Positions 30,528 through 40,944 of a stretch of DNA of 64,000 nt are shown one piece after another. Origin of the DNA: Ignavibacteriota bacterium (GTDB lineage: Bacteria; Bacteroidota; Ignavibacteria; UBA10030); NCBI GenBank assembly GCA_963701295.1, contig OY969585.1, positions 1,632,001 to 1,696,000 on the forward strand. Reading direction: 5' to 3'. Position 1 is the first letter of the stretch; every line of letters begins with the position of its first letter. Position numbers and translations under genes: made by a program. The notes beneath the pieces were generated by a model that did not search any database, was not told where the DNA came from, and saw only the letters and a list, made by a program, of their open reading frames with translations.

Positions 30528-33434
30528 ATGAAAAAAATATTTCTACTTTTGTCATTAATAGTTTTAATGACACAATTAATTTGGGCAACAAAATATTATT
30601 CAAATGGAAACAATGCTCCAAATTTAGTAAATAGTTGGTGGACTAACACTAATGGGACAGGTTCAAATCCACTAAATTTCACTACTGCGAGTGATACACT
30701 CATTATCCAAGCGGGCCATACAATGACCACAACGGCAACATGGACTGTCAGTGGAACGGGTAGCTCAGTACAGATTAATGGTACTCTTGTTGCTTCAAAT
30801 ACGGTAACTTTACCGACAGCCTCAGCAGTTAACAGCGGCGGAACATATCAGCACAATATCAATGGTGGCACAATTCCAACAGCAACATGGGATGCGAATT
30901 CTACTTGCTCCGTGACTGGCGTAACAACCAGCATATGCACTACTGCTACTTCTACGTATGGTAATTTTATTTGGAACTGTCCTGGTCAAAATTTTACAAC
31001 TGCACAGGCGATGTCTACACTTAAAGTTAATAACCTGACAATTATGAATACGGGTACTAGTGGTACTTATAATCAATTTAGAGTCCAAGCACAAGCAGAT
31101 TCATTAATAAATGTAAATAATAATCTCAACATTAGTGGTGGAATAATGTGGGTTGCTGCACTAGGATGGCCAAAGAAATTGAATGTAGGCGGAAATGTAA
31201 CACTGACTGGCGGAGAACTAGACGTAGTTGGGACTGGTGGTACATTTAGTGGGACCCTTAATATAACAGGTAATTTATCTCTCTCTACCGCTGCTATTTT
31301 GGATTTATCCTCCGGTGCAGGTACAACTAGCACTGGAACAGTTAATCTTAAGGGTAATTACACACAAAGCGGAACAAGTATTGTTAGAGTATCAACTACA
31401 AGTACAGGTGATGGAGCTTTTAATTTTTCCGGCACATCTGCACAAACATTTTCTAAGAGTGGGGGGAGTATCTCTTGTAGTTCGGGAAATACACTTACCT
31501 TTACAATAAATAATAATGCAATTGTTGATTTCGGAACTTCAGTATTAGATAATGGTACAAGCGCTGGTAACGTTAACTTCGCTCTTGCTTTAGGAGGTAG
31601 TATTATCACTGCCCATTCGCAAGGTCTTTCAACAACAGTGGGAACGGGTTCAATACAAGTTGGCGGAACAAAAACATTCAATGCGGGAGCAAATTATATT
31701 TACAATGGAACAGGTGCCCAAGCAACCGGAACCGGTTTACCAACAACAGCTATTACTGGAGGTGTTACAATATTAAGTGGGGCATCAGTAACAACAACCA
31801 ATGCTATTGTGGAAAATGGTACGCTGACTGTAAACGGAACTTTAATTCCCGGTGCAGCAACTCAGGTGATGAGTGGTTCAGGCACACTCGCTGGATCCGG
31901 GACAGTACAGGTTAACCGGACGGCAGCAACTGCTGATTTTTCTTCGCAGTACACCATAACCAATAAGGCGTTAACAAATTTAACGGTTGAATATACAGTG
32001 CTAACCGGTGCGCAGATTGTTTCTGCTTTAACTTATGGTAACCTTAACCTGGATAATATTAGCGGTATAAACACAACAGGTGGAGCTGTAACGGTTAATG
32101 GAACACTGAATACAACAGCGGGTGGTACATTAAATATGGGAACAAATGCATTAACCATAGCCATAGTAAACCATGCAGGTATATTGAGAACTCAAAACAC
32201 TAGTGGTATACCTATTACTAGTGGAAAAACCTGGGGTGGAACAGTGACTTTTGATGCTAGTAATGTTCAAACTATTCCTGCATCAACATTTAGTAATTTG
32301 ATACTTAATAACGCGAGTGGTGCATCATTGGGTGGATCAGCAACAATTAATGGCACACTCACTTTCTCTGCAGGCAATATCACACTTGGTGCCAATACCT
32401 TAACACTTGGTGGTACAGTGAGTGGTGCAGGCGATGGAAAATGTATTGTAACCAGTGGTGCAGGTGTTGTCTCTCGCGCTATTTCAGCGGCAGGCAGCTT
32501 TACCTTCCCCGTTGGAACAGCAGCCCGCTGCAATCCAGTTACTCTTAGCAATGTTGCAGGCGGTACATACACAGCGGCTGTTGTGGCTGGTGAATCCCCC
32601 GCAACCACGAATGACGCAGCTGCTGTCGGCAGAACATGGAATCTGGCAGGAACCGGACCTGTTGATCTTACATTTATTTGGAATGAGGGCGATAAGGGTA
32701 GTTCCTGCAATCCAATTCAATGCACAGTATGGAATTATAATGGATCGTGGGTAGATATGGGTGGCGGTACAAGTACCGTAACGTCCCCGGTAGATACTAC
32801 AGCGATGGCAGGAATGTCACTCACTCATTCTTCATGGACAGTAGGTAATACCGGAGCATTGCCTGTACAAATGACATCCTTTACAGCAGTTCTGCAGGGA
32901 ACAAGTGCATTGCTTAAATGGTCAACAGCAACAGAGACGAACAACTCGGGCTTCCAAATTGAGCGAAGCATTGAGGGATCCAGTGTTTGGGCAGAAGTTG
33001 CGTTTGTCAATGGTGCAGGCACGAACAGCTCACCGAAAACATATTCTTATGAAGATAAGAACCTTGCTCCCGGTAAGTATGTCTATCGCATTAAACAGAT
33101 AGATAATGATGGAAAGACAACAATCTACAATCCGAATGCATTACCGAAAGTGGATGCAGGAGTATCGAACACACTTCAACTGTGCGGCAATTATCCTAAT
33201 CCGTTTAACCCGACAACGAACATGCAGTTCTCAGTACCTCAGGACGGATATGCATCGTTGAAGGTGTATAACATGTTAGGTCAGGAAGTAGCGACGTTGT
33301 TTGCAGGAATGGCAAAAGCTGGTCATTATATTCCAGCGACGTTTAATGCTTCACGATTGGCATCGGGCATATACTTTGCGCGCTTGCAGTATAGCGGCAA
33401 GAGCTTAATGCAAAGAATGCTGTTGATGAAGTAA
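30528..33434 (+). CDS. T9SS cargo protein 4 (Gly/Thr/Asn-rich beta repeats plus CTD cassette)
   Basis: Signal peptide, low-complexity beta repeats, LPVQMTSF and CTD. Confidence 0.85.
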   Translation: MKKIFLLLSLIVLMTQLIWATKYYSNGNNAPNLVNSWWTNTNGTGSNPLNFTTASDTLIIQAGHTMTTTATWTVSGTGSSVQINGTLVASNTVTLPTASAVNSGGTYQHNINGGTIPTATWDANSTCSVTGVTTSICTTATSTYGNFIWNCPGQNFTTAQAMSTLKVNNLTIMNTGTSGTYNQFRVQAQADSLINVNNNLNISGGIMWVAALGWPKKLNVGGNVTLTGGELDVVGTGGTFSGTLNITGNLSLSTAAILDLSSGAGTTSTGTVNLKGNYTQSGTSIVRVSTTSTGDGAFNFSGTSAQTFSKSGGSISCSSGNTLTFTINNNAIVDFGTSVLDNGTSAGNVNFALALGGSIITAHSQGLSTTVGTGSIQVGGTKTFNAGANYIYNGTGAQATGTGLPTTAITGGVTILSGASVTTTNAIVENGTLTVNGTLIPGAATQVMSGSGTLAGSGTVQVNRTAATADFSSQYTITNKALTNLTVEYTVLTGAQIVSALTYGNLNLDNISGINTTGGAVTVNGTLNTTAGGTLNMGTNALTIAIVNHAGILRTQNTSGIPITSGKTWGGTVTFDASNVQTIPASTFSNLILNNASGASLGGSATINGTLTFSAGNITLGANTLTLGGTVSGAGDGKCIVTSGAGVVSRAISAAGSFTFPVGTAARCNPVTLSNVAGGTYTAAVVAGESPATTNDAAAVGRTWNLAGTGPVDLTFIWNEGDKGSSCNPIQCTVWNYNGSWVDMGGGTSTVTSPVDTTAMAGMSLTHSSWTVGNTGALPVQMTSFTAVLQGTSALLKWSTATETNNSGFQIERSIEGSSVWAEVAFVNGAGTNSSPKTYSYEDKNLAPGKYVYRIKQIDNDGKTTIYNPNALPKVDAGVSNTLQLCGNYPNPFNPTTNMQFSVPQDGYASLKVYNMLGQEVATLFAGMAKAGHYIPATFNASRLASGIYFARLQYSGKSLMQRMLLMK

Positions 33435-33535
33435 TGAAATTATTTATTTGGTCAGAAATCCCGCTGTTCTTTAACGGGACTATTGATAAACAGATAATAA
33501 CGTAAAAAACAATTATTCAAATAAATAAAAAACAA

Positions 33536-33571
33536 AAATAAAGGCGGCAATCATTCTCGCCGCCTTTATTT
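33536..33571. terminator. Bidirectional-type intrinsic terminator
   Basis: AAATAAAGGCGGC-loop-GCCGCCTTTATTT. Confidence 0.75.
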
Positions 33572-33634
33572 ATATGGCTTAACGAAACAGAATGATGCAT
33601 TAGTTTCATTATAACTGTCACTCTAGGAATCTCA

Positions 33635-35662
33635 ATGAATAAATATTTCAAAGTTCACATTTCTTGTATATTGATATTTTGCTTGGTTTTTATAACTGAG
33701 TCTGTTGCTCAGACTTTTACTGGTCAAGAACTTTTAGCACGCCCAACGGATCATTCCATAACACTCAATGTTGTTTCAAGTTCTGCCCTTTATGCTTATG
33801 TAGAGTGTGGTGTATCATCAGGTATATATACCATCACAACATCAACAGTAAGCCAGGCTGCCAATGAACCGATTGTAATTGTAATAGATGGCTTAAGTGC
33901 TAATACAAAATATTATTACAGGTTAAGATATAGCACTAGCGGTTCAGGCACTTTTTTAGCAAGAGCCGAGCATACTTTCACTACGCAAAGACCAGCTGGG
34001 AGTACATTTACATTTGATGTTACTTCTGATTCACATGTTAACATAATGCTGGGCAGTGCTGCTACGTGGCAGCAAACTTTAACAAACGTTGCAAATGACA
34101 ATCCTGACTTTCTTCTTGACCTTGGCGATACATTCGCAATGGATAATGTAACCTCTGAAGTAACTGCCCGTACAAATTATCTTTTCCAGCGTACCTCTAC
34201 TACTCTGGGACTTGTGAGTCCTTCTGTTCCTATATTTATAGTTGTAGGAAACCATGAGAATCAAGAGGGCTGGCATCTTAATGATAACAGCAATCCCTTT
34301 CTCACAGAACCGGTGTGGGGTACAAATTCACAAAAAAGATACTTCCCCAATCCGGTTCCCAATGATTTTTATACTGGAGATACAGACACTTATTCTGGAC
34401 TTAACGGTGATCAGTTACATGAAGATTATTATGCCTGGACATGGGGCAATGCACTCTTTGTAGTTATAGATCCCTTTTGGTATACAACAGAAAAACCATT
34501 TATTGGGAATATCGGTGGAGGAGAACCAGGAACTGGGACCGGTGATAGATGGGATTGGACCGTAGGACAAACACAATATAACTGGTTAAAACAGACTCTC
34601 GAGAATAGTAAAGCCACCTACAAATTTCTCTTTATGCACCATATGACCGGAGGTGTAACCGTTGGAGCTAATGATGGAGATTATATACGGGGTGGAGCTT
34701 ACGCTGTACCGTATTGTGAGTGGGGAGGTTATAACGAGGACGGTACTACCTATGCTTTCAATACTAGACGTTCTGGGTGGTATGCTCCGATTGAACAGGT
34801 TCTCATGGAAAATGGTGTTACTGCTGTTTTCCATGGCCATGATCATCAGTATGCCTATGAGATACGTGACGGCATAGTCTATCAGTCACTCCCTGCAGCC
34901 GGTTTTTCCGGACCTGGATTTAGTATCTATAGTCAAACTAATCCGTTAACGTATAAAGTCTTAAACAGCCCGGGTCACCTTCGGGTTACGGTTACACCTT
35001 CACAAACAACAGTAGATTATATTAATTCCACTGCTGCTAATGGATCTAACGGATCGGTTGCTTACTCGTACACCATAAATGATCCTCTTCCTGTTGAGCT
35101 TACATCCTTTACGGCGGTTTTGCAGGGAACAAGTGCGTTGCTTAAATGGGCAACAGCAACAGAGACGAACAACTCGGGCTTCCAAATTGAGCGAAGTGTT
35201 GAGGGATCCAATGTTTGGGCAGAAGTTGCATTTGTCAACGGTGCAGGCACGAGCAGCTCACCGAAAACATATTCATATGAAGATAAGAACCTTGCTCCCG
35301 GTAAGTATGTCTATCGCATTAAACAGATAGATAATGATGGAAAGACAACAATCTACAATCCGAATGCATTACCGAAAGTGGATGCAGGAGTATCGAACAC
35401 ACTTCAACTGTGCGGCAATTATCCTAATCCGTTTAACCCGACAACGAACATGCAGTTCTCAGTACCTCAGGACGGATATGCATCGTTGAAGGTGTATAAC
35501 ATGTTAGGTCAGGAAGTAGCGACGTTGTTTGCAGGAATGGCAAAAGCTGGTCATTATATTCCAGCGACGTTTAATGCTTCACGATTGGCATCGGGCATAT
35601 ACTTTGCGCGCTTGCAGTATAGCGGCAAGAGCTTAATGCAAAGAATGCTGTTGATGAAGTAG
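33635..35662 (+). CDS. T9SS cargo protein 5: purple acid phosphatase-type FN3 plus calcineurin-like metallophosphoesterase plus CTD cassette
   Basis: Metallophosphoesterase motifs SDSH, LGD, GNHE, MHH and GHDH; LPVELTSF and CTD. Confidence 0.88.
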   Translation: MNKYFKVHISCILIFCLVFITESVAQTFTGQELLARPTDHSITLNVVSSSALYAYVECGVSSGIYTITTSTVSQAANEPIVIVIDGLSANTKYYYRLRYSTSGSGTFLARAEHTFTTQRPAGSTFTFDVTSDSHVNIMLGSAATWQQTLTNVANDNPDFLLDLGDTFAMDNVTSEVTARTNYLFQRTSTTLGLVSPSVPIFIVVGNHENQEGWHLNDNSNPFLTEPVWGTNSQKRYFPNPVPNDFYTGDTDTYSGLNGDQLHEDYYAWTWGNALFVVIDPFWYTTEKPFIGNIGGGEPGTGTGDRWDWTVGQTQYNWLKQTLENSKATYKFLFMHHMTGGVTVGANDGDYIRGGAYAVPYCEWGGYNEDGTTYAFNTRRSGWYAPIEQVLMENGVTAVFHGHDHQYAYEIRDGIVYQSLPAAGFSGPGFSIYSQTNPLTYKVLNSPGHLRVTVTPSQTTVDYINSTAANGSNGSVAYSYTINDPLPVELTSFTAVLQGTSALLKWATATETNNSGFQIERSVEGSNVWAEVAFVNGAGTSSSPKTYSYEDKNLAPGKYVYRIKQIDNDGKTTIYNPNALPKVDAGVSNTLQLCGNYPNPFNPTTNMQFSVPQDGYASLKVYNMLGQEVATLFAGMAKAGHYIPATFNASRLASGIYFARLQYSGKSLMQRMLLMK

Positions 35663-35944
35663 ACATCAATAATCTTTTTTAACCGGATGTGCGGTCTCTG
35701 AGTAAGGGGGCTGCACATTTTTTTACTCAATACCTCAAATTCCTCAGTGTTTGTAGAATCTACAATCATCGATCAACTACCACGTATTGTAACCGCAATA
35801 ATTTGCCTTTAAAAGTCTATAAATCAGATTGTTTTCGGCTATTTTCTTCCCTCGTTAATGATTTTTCTTTTGCTTCAGCAATAATCCAAATGGCACAACG
35901 AATGACTCTCTTATGCCAGAGGAACAAAGGAAATGGAAACAGCG

Positions 35945-37672
35945 ATGAAAAGAAGAATCATATATCTCGGTTTACAACTTTTACTAATTGGTGCGTTCGT
36001 TCATACTTCAGCTCAGACTTCGACATACAAAGATGTCCTCGTGGTGATTAACTCTGCAAGCGGAATTTCAGATAGCGTGGGAAGCTATTTTGCAAACATC
36101 CATAATATTCCCGTACAAAATATTGTCCGCATTACCGCACCGACAACCGAAGAAATCGACAGTACCCAATTTGAAAATCTTCGCACGCAAATACAATCGG
36201 CTCTCATTTCCCGCAATATAAAAGACAGTATTAACTATATCGTCACCACGAAAGGTGTCCCTCTGAAAGTCCATCGGTGGACGCCAGACGCTAATTCATC
36301 CGTCGAAAGCGAATTAACGCTGATCTTCAGCCCCTACGCTTCTTATATTGGTCAGAATGGCAGAATAATTTCTCCCTACTATAATCAACGACAAAATTTT
36401 ACACGCGCAAAATATGGGATCTATCTCGTAACTCGTTTAGATGGATATTCCTATAACGACATTAAATCACTTATAGACCGTTCATCCTCTGTTCCCCGTT
36501 CTATCCCCAGCGGCGCAACATTTGTCCTTGATCAGGATCCGACGTACGCGACTTCAATACCGTATTTAAATACATATCTCTCAAATGCAGCAAATTTATT
36601 ACGCACACGAGGACAGACTTGTATTTTAGATACAACAACAGTTTACTTGACTCATCAAACAAATGTTCTTGGGTATGTCAGCTGGGGAAGCAATGATCGA
36701 AATCAGCAGAACTATACAAGTAATGGGAAGCCAATGAATACGTATCTTCCAGGTGCCATAGCTGAAACGTATGTTTCGACTTCAGCGCGTAGTTTCGTGA
36801 ATCCTCCGACGTATGGACAATCATTGGTTGCCGATTTGATTGCTGAAGGCATCACGGCTGTAAAAGGGTACGTATATGAGCCGTATTCAAATGCAATGAG
36901 CGATGCCAGTATTCTCCTTCCGATGTATGTGGATGGTTACACGGTAGCCGAATCATATTACGCCGCCTCTTACTTCCTCGGATGGATGGATGTGGTGATC
37001 GGCGATCCAAAATTCAGGATCTTACCCACACGCATGCCGGCAGACACAGCGACTTCACAAGATAATAAGAATGGGCAGTCACTTCCGGTTCAGCTTACTT
37101 CATTTACCGCTGCTGCTGCGAAGAACATTGTGCAGCTCAACTGGCATACTGCATCAGAAACGAACTGTTATGGATTTGAAGTTGAAAGGAAAATGATAAG
37201 CGATCAACAATCAGCAGTCGGCAATGAGCAATGGGTAAAAGTTGGCTTTGTCAATGGCGCCGGCACGAGCAGCTCAGTGCACGATTACCGTTTCTCCGAT
37301 CAAATTCTATCAAGCGGACGTTACGCTTACCGCATAAAGCAAATAGATAACGATGGTTCATTTACATATTATGGCAATGCTGAAGTTGCCGTTGATATGG
37401 CTTCGAAGGAATTCTCGTTGAAGGGCAACTATCCGAACCCATTCAATCCATCAACCACCATCGAGTTCACAGTACCTGAAAATGGCTATGCCACATTGAA
37501 GGTATACAACGTGATCGGACAGCAAGTAGCAACGTTGTTTGATGGGATAGCAAAAGCAGAACAGTATAACAAGGTGACATTTAATGCGTCGCAATTGTCA
37601 AGCGGTATTTATTTTAGCACATTGGAATTCAATAATCAGCGGCTCGTCAAAAAGATGTTGCTGACAAAGTAA
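35945..37672 (+). CDS. T9SS cargo protein 6: TIGR03790-like domain plus divergent CTD
   Basis: VLVVIN, IVTTKGVPL, SVESEL, LVTRLDG, YVSWGSND, PGAIAETYVSTSARSF and KGYVYEPY resemble my recollection of TIGR03790; LPVQLTSF and NYPNPFNPST. The start may be 35933. Confidence 0.75.
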   Translation: MKRRIIYLGLQLLLIGAFVHTSAQTSTYKDVLVVINSASGISDSVGSYFANIHNIPVQNIVRITAPTTEEIDSTQFENLRTQIQSALISRNIKDSINYIVTTKGVPLKVHRWTPDANSSVESELTLIFSPYASYIGQNGRIISPYYNQRQNFTRAKYGIYLVTRLDGYSYNDIKSLIDRSSSVPRSIPSGATFVLDQDPTYATSIPYLNTYLSNAANLLRTRGQTCILDTTTVYLTHQTNVLGYVSWGSNDRNQQNYTSNGKPMNTYLPGAIAETYVSTSARSFVNPPTYGQSLVADLIAEGITAVKGYVYEPYSNAMSDASILLPMYVDGYTVAESYYAASYFLGWMDVVIGDPKFRILPTRMPADTATSQDNKNGQSLPVQLTSFTAAAAKNIVQLNWHTASETNCYGFEVERKMISDQQSAVGNEQWVKVGFVNGAGTSSSVHDYRFSDQILSSGRYAYRIKQIDNDGSFTYYGNAEVAVDMASKEFSLKGNYPNPFNPSTTIEFTVPENGYATLKVYNVIGQQVATLFDGIAKAEQYNKVTFNASQLSSGIYFSTLEFNNQRLVKKMLLTK

Positions 37673-37720
37673 TTCCGTTGTGTGGCATGCTCTCTGTCTC
37701 CTTTCAAATGTTGGATTCCA

Positions 37721-37760
37721 AAAAGAATTAATCCCTTTTTCATCCTTTTGGGCGATTCCC
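37721..37760 (+). promoter_or_regulatory. 40 bp conserved upstream motif, copy 1; -10 hexamer TATTCT at 37779
   Basis: AAAAGAATTAATCCCTTTTTCATCCTTTTGGGCGATTCCC; three further copies. Confidence 0.8.
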
Positions 37761-37896
37761 GTTTATATAAATCATGAGTATTCTTGTCTACGGTTACAGA
37801 GAAAAGAGAGAGAATTATTCTATATCTCGAAGGTAGATGAAATAGTTGTACACATGTATGGAAATTGAATTGTTTGGAGTTTAAGGAGAATACATC

Positions 37897-38208
37897 ATGA
37901 ACTGGGATCGTCTGGAGGGACAGTGGAAGCAGCGAAGAGGGAAAGCTGTGTATCATTGGGGTAAAACGATGAACGACGAATTATCAGCGGTCTTGGGTAA
38001 GTATGAAGAGCTCGTTGGAAAACTTCAAGAGAAATACGGAATTGCCAAAGATGAAGCCAGACACCGTGTGGATGATTATAAAATTATCGTTGAACAGCTT
38101 AAGCAGGCCAATGGCAAATTAGTAAAGCTACATAAAGCATCGAACAATAAAAAGAAATCGGACAAACGGCAGATGAAATTAAAGGTATCGTCAAGGAAAA
38201 GAAAATGA
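37897..38208 (+). CDS. CsbD-like general stress protein with a basic C-terminal extension
   Basis: MNWDRLEGQWKQ.RGK...WGK..ND...GKYEELVGKLQEKYG; AAGGAG RBS. Confidence 0.8.
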   Translation: MNWDRLEGQWKQRRGKAVYHWGKTMNDELSAVLGKYEELVGKLQEKYGIAKDEARHRVDDYKIIVEQLKQANGKLVKLHKASNNKKKSDKRQMKLKVSSRKRK

Positions 38209-38277
38209 CTCATAGGGAACGGCTGTTCTATTCATCGATCACTATGCATCAAGCAGCAACACAAGGATAATGCATCT

Positions 38278-38397
38278 ATGAAAAAACAAAACATAGTTTC
38301 ATGGTTAGTAGACCGGAACTCATATCCTGGAGTTTTTTTGGTTCTCCTTTTCGTAGTCTTGTCAATTATGTTATTCTTCGACGGACTTTTTCGTTGA
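38278..38397 (+). CDS. Small single-TM protein (39 aa), not in the ORF track
   Basis: MKKQNIVSWLVDRNSYPGVFLVLLFVVLSIMLFFDGLFR*; AAGGA upstream; hairpin directly after the stop. Confidence 0.5.
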   Translation: MKKQNIVSWLVDRNSYPGVFLVLLFVVLSIMLFFDGLFR

Positions 38398-38655
38398 CGA
38401 CGATTCCGGTAATTGTCGTCAATGCTTTAGGATAAATCTATCAGATCGCAAAGCGGGAAAACCGGAAGAAGAATTTAACGGCTTCAGATTTTGTATTACC
38501 GAGGCAGCAGAACGTATCCCCCGGAAAGGCTATCGTACACTATATTCTATCCAAGCTCAAGAGTTTGTGAAGATGCGGTAATTTAAGGGCTTGGGTTGTG
38601 TCAAGAGATAATGATAAATCAAGGAATGAATGGAATCGATAAAGAAAGACTTGTT

Positions 38656-40944
38656 ATGGAAAATGGTTCAATAATTAACCGAATTGCATTTATCGGCAAT
38701 TACTTGCCGCGCCATTGCGGCATTGCTACGTTTACAACAGATTTATGTGAAGCTGTCGCATCGGCGTATAGTGAAACAACATGTATTGCTTTACCGGTCA
38801 ATGATATCGAAGCCGGTTACCCTTATCCGGCCCGGGTTCGCTTTGAACTGATGGAGAAAGACATCCATTCGTACACGCGAGCAGCCGACTTTCTCAATAT
38901 CAATAATGTCGATATGGTCTGTCTGCAATTCGAGTATGGAATCTTCGGTGGAAAATCGGGCAGCCACATCCTCACACTCTTGCGTGATCTGCGAATGCCG
39001 ATTGTCACAACGCTGCACACCATACTTGACTTCCCAACCCCTGATCAGCGATTGGTGTTGGAAGAAGTTTCCGCTCTTTCTGATAGGTTGGTTGTCATGA
39101 GTGAACGCGGCTCTAAATATCTGCAAAAAATCTATCATGTATTGCCGGAAAAGATTGATCTGATTCCGCATGGGATTCCTGATGTGCCGTTCGTTGATCC
39201 AAGTTTCAATAAAGATCTATTTGGCGTGGAAGGTAAAATCGTTTTACTGAGTTTTGGTTTACTCTCAGAGAATAAAGGAATCGAGACCGTTATATCTGCC
39301 CTGCCCGACATTGTTGTGCGCTATCCCGACATTGTCTATATTGTTGTTGGTGCGACACATCCTCATGTTATTCAGCATGAAGGTGAAACGTACCGGCTCT
39401 CTCTTCAGTGGTTGGCCCAACAGAAGGGCGTAGAAAGTCATGTAATCTTTTACAACCGCTTTGTCAGTCTGGAAGAACTTATTGAGTTTATCGGAGCCGC
39501 TGATATCTATATTACACCCTATTTAAACGAGGCACAGATTGTATCCGGAACCCTTGCGTACACATTAGGAGCGGGTAAGGCGATCATCTCTACACCATAT
39601 TGGTACGCACAGGAGATGCTTGCCGATAAACGAGGTGTGTTTGTCCCCTTCCGTGATCCCGCAGTCTTGGCTGAGCAAGTGATAAACTTGTTGGGCAATG
39701 AAGCAGAGCGGCACGCAATGCGAAAGCGTGCGTATATGTTTGGACGATCGATGATTTGGTCCGAAGTGGCGAAACGCTACATGGAAAGCTTTGAACGCGC
39801 TCGAGCAGAACGCCGCCATTATATCCCGCCAGGGTTTATTGCAAAAGCACTCGATAAATATCCGAGTGAATTACCTCCGCTCAAAATAGATCACTTTCGA
39901 GCTATGACAGATGAAACAGGAATTTTGCAGCATGCTCTTTTTGCAGTGCCCAATTATTCTCATGGATATACAACTGATGACAATGCACGTGCCCTTTTGG
40001 TGAGCATTCTCTTATATGAACTAGGGAACAGCGAGAGTGTAGGATTAGCTTCCCGCTATCTCGCTTTCCTCGGATTTGCATTTAATACTCAGAATAAACG
40101 TTTTCGAAATATCATGGATTATCAGCGTAAGTGGTCAGAAGACATAGGTTCGGACGATAGCCACGGTCGAGCACTTTGGGCACTAGGAACCGTCTTGAGC
40201 CATTCTACGACACCGTCATTCAATAGTATGGCAGGCTGGTTATTCGAGCAAGCCCTTCCTTCCATCCTTGTAACGACCAGCCCGCGTGCCTGGGCATTTG
40301 CACTCATCGGCATTTCCGAGTATTCACAAAAATATTCTGGCGATCGGATGGCTCTTCAGGTCACCGAAGAATTGGCAGGCCGGCTTTTGAAATTGTATAA
40401 AAGTAATCGTTTGGAAGAATGGCGCTGGTTCGAGAGAAAACTTACGTATTGCAATGCGGCTCTGTCTCATGCTCTTCTCGTCTGCGGCAGATCCATTCCA
40501 AACAATGCAATGACCGATGCCGGTTTGGAATCGTTGCATTGGCTGGCTGGTCTACAGTGTGCAGGGGAGGGACATTTTGTTCCGATAGGTTCGAACGGGT
40601 TTTATCAGTATGGAAGCGAACGTGCTCGTTTCGATCAGCAGCCGATTGAAGCACAAGCAATGGTTTCGGCTTGTCTTGAAGCATACAGAATTACTGGAGA
40701 CAAACATTGGAACAAAGAAGCCCGGCGGTCATTCGAATGGTTCCTTGGACATAACGATTTAAAACTTCCGTTGTATGATGCAACCACCGGCGGCTGCCGT
40801 GACGGTTTACATCCAGACCGGCCGAATGAAAATCAAGGCGCAGAATCAACGCTCGCATTTCTTCAGTCCTTATTGGAATTGCGAATAGCCGAACAAACAC
40901 ATTTATCTATGGAGGCATTATTAAAACGAACAATCAGCACTTAG
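38656..40944 (+). CDS. GT4 glycosyltransferase fused to a C-terminal (alpha/alpha) glycosidase-like domain
   Basis: GNYLPRHCGIATF, EYGIFGG, TTLHT, KGIE and SGTLAY motifs; C-terminal GYTTDDNARAL, FDQQPIE and NQGAESTL. Confidence 0.85.
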   Translation: MENGSIINRIAFIGNYLPRHCGIATFTTDLCEAVASAYSETTCIALPVNDIEAGYPYPARVRFELMEKDIHSYTRAADFLNINNVDMVCLQFEYGIFGGKSGSHILTLLRDLRMPIVTTLHTILDFPTPDQRLVLEEVSALSDRLVVMSERGSKYLQKIYHVLPEKIDLIPHGIPDVPFVDPSFNKDLFGVEGKIVLLSFGLLSENKGIETVISALPDIVVRYPDIVYIVVGATHPHVIQHEGETYRLSLQWLAQQKGVESHVIFYNRFVSLEELIEFIGAADIYITPYLNEAQIVSGTLAYTLGAGKAIISTPYWYAQEMLADKRGVFVPFRDPAVLAEQVINLLGNEAERHAMRKRAYMFGRSMIWSEVAKRYMESFERARAERRHYIPPGFIAKALDKYPSELPPLKIDHFRAMTDETGILQHALFAVPNYSHGYTTDDNARALLVSILLYELGNSESVGLASRYLAFLGFAFNTQNKRFRNIMDYQRKWSEDIGSDDSHGRALWALGTVLSHSTTPSFNSMAGWLFEQALPSILVTTSPRAWAFALIGISEYSQKYSGDRMALQVTEELAGRLLKLYKSNRLEEWRWFERKLTYCNAALSHALLVCGRSIPNNAMTDAGLESLHWLAGLQCAGEGHFVPIGSNGFYQYGSERARFDQQPIEAQAMVSACLEAYRITGDKHWNKEARRSFEWFLGHNDLKLPLYDATTGGCRDGLHPDRPNENQGAESTLAFLQSLLELRIAEQTHLSMEALLKRTIST

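Noticed and set aside
24597-35662. Repeated cassettes as a diversity-generating retroelement or shufflon
   Set aside because: There is no reverse transcriptase or recombinase in the window. All copies are direct and coding, and the differences are not adenine-specific.
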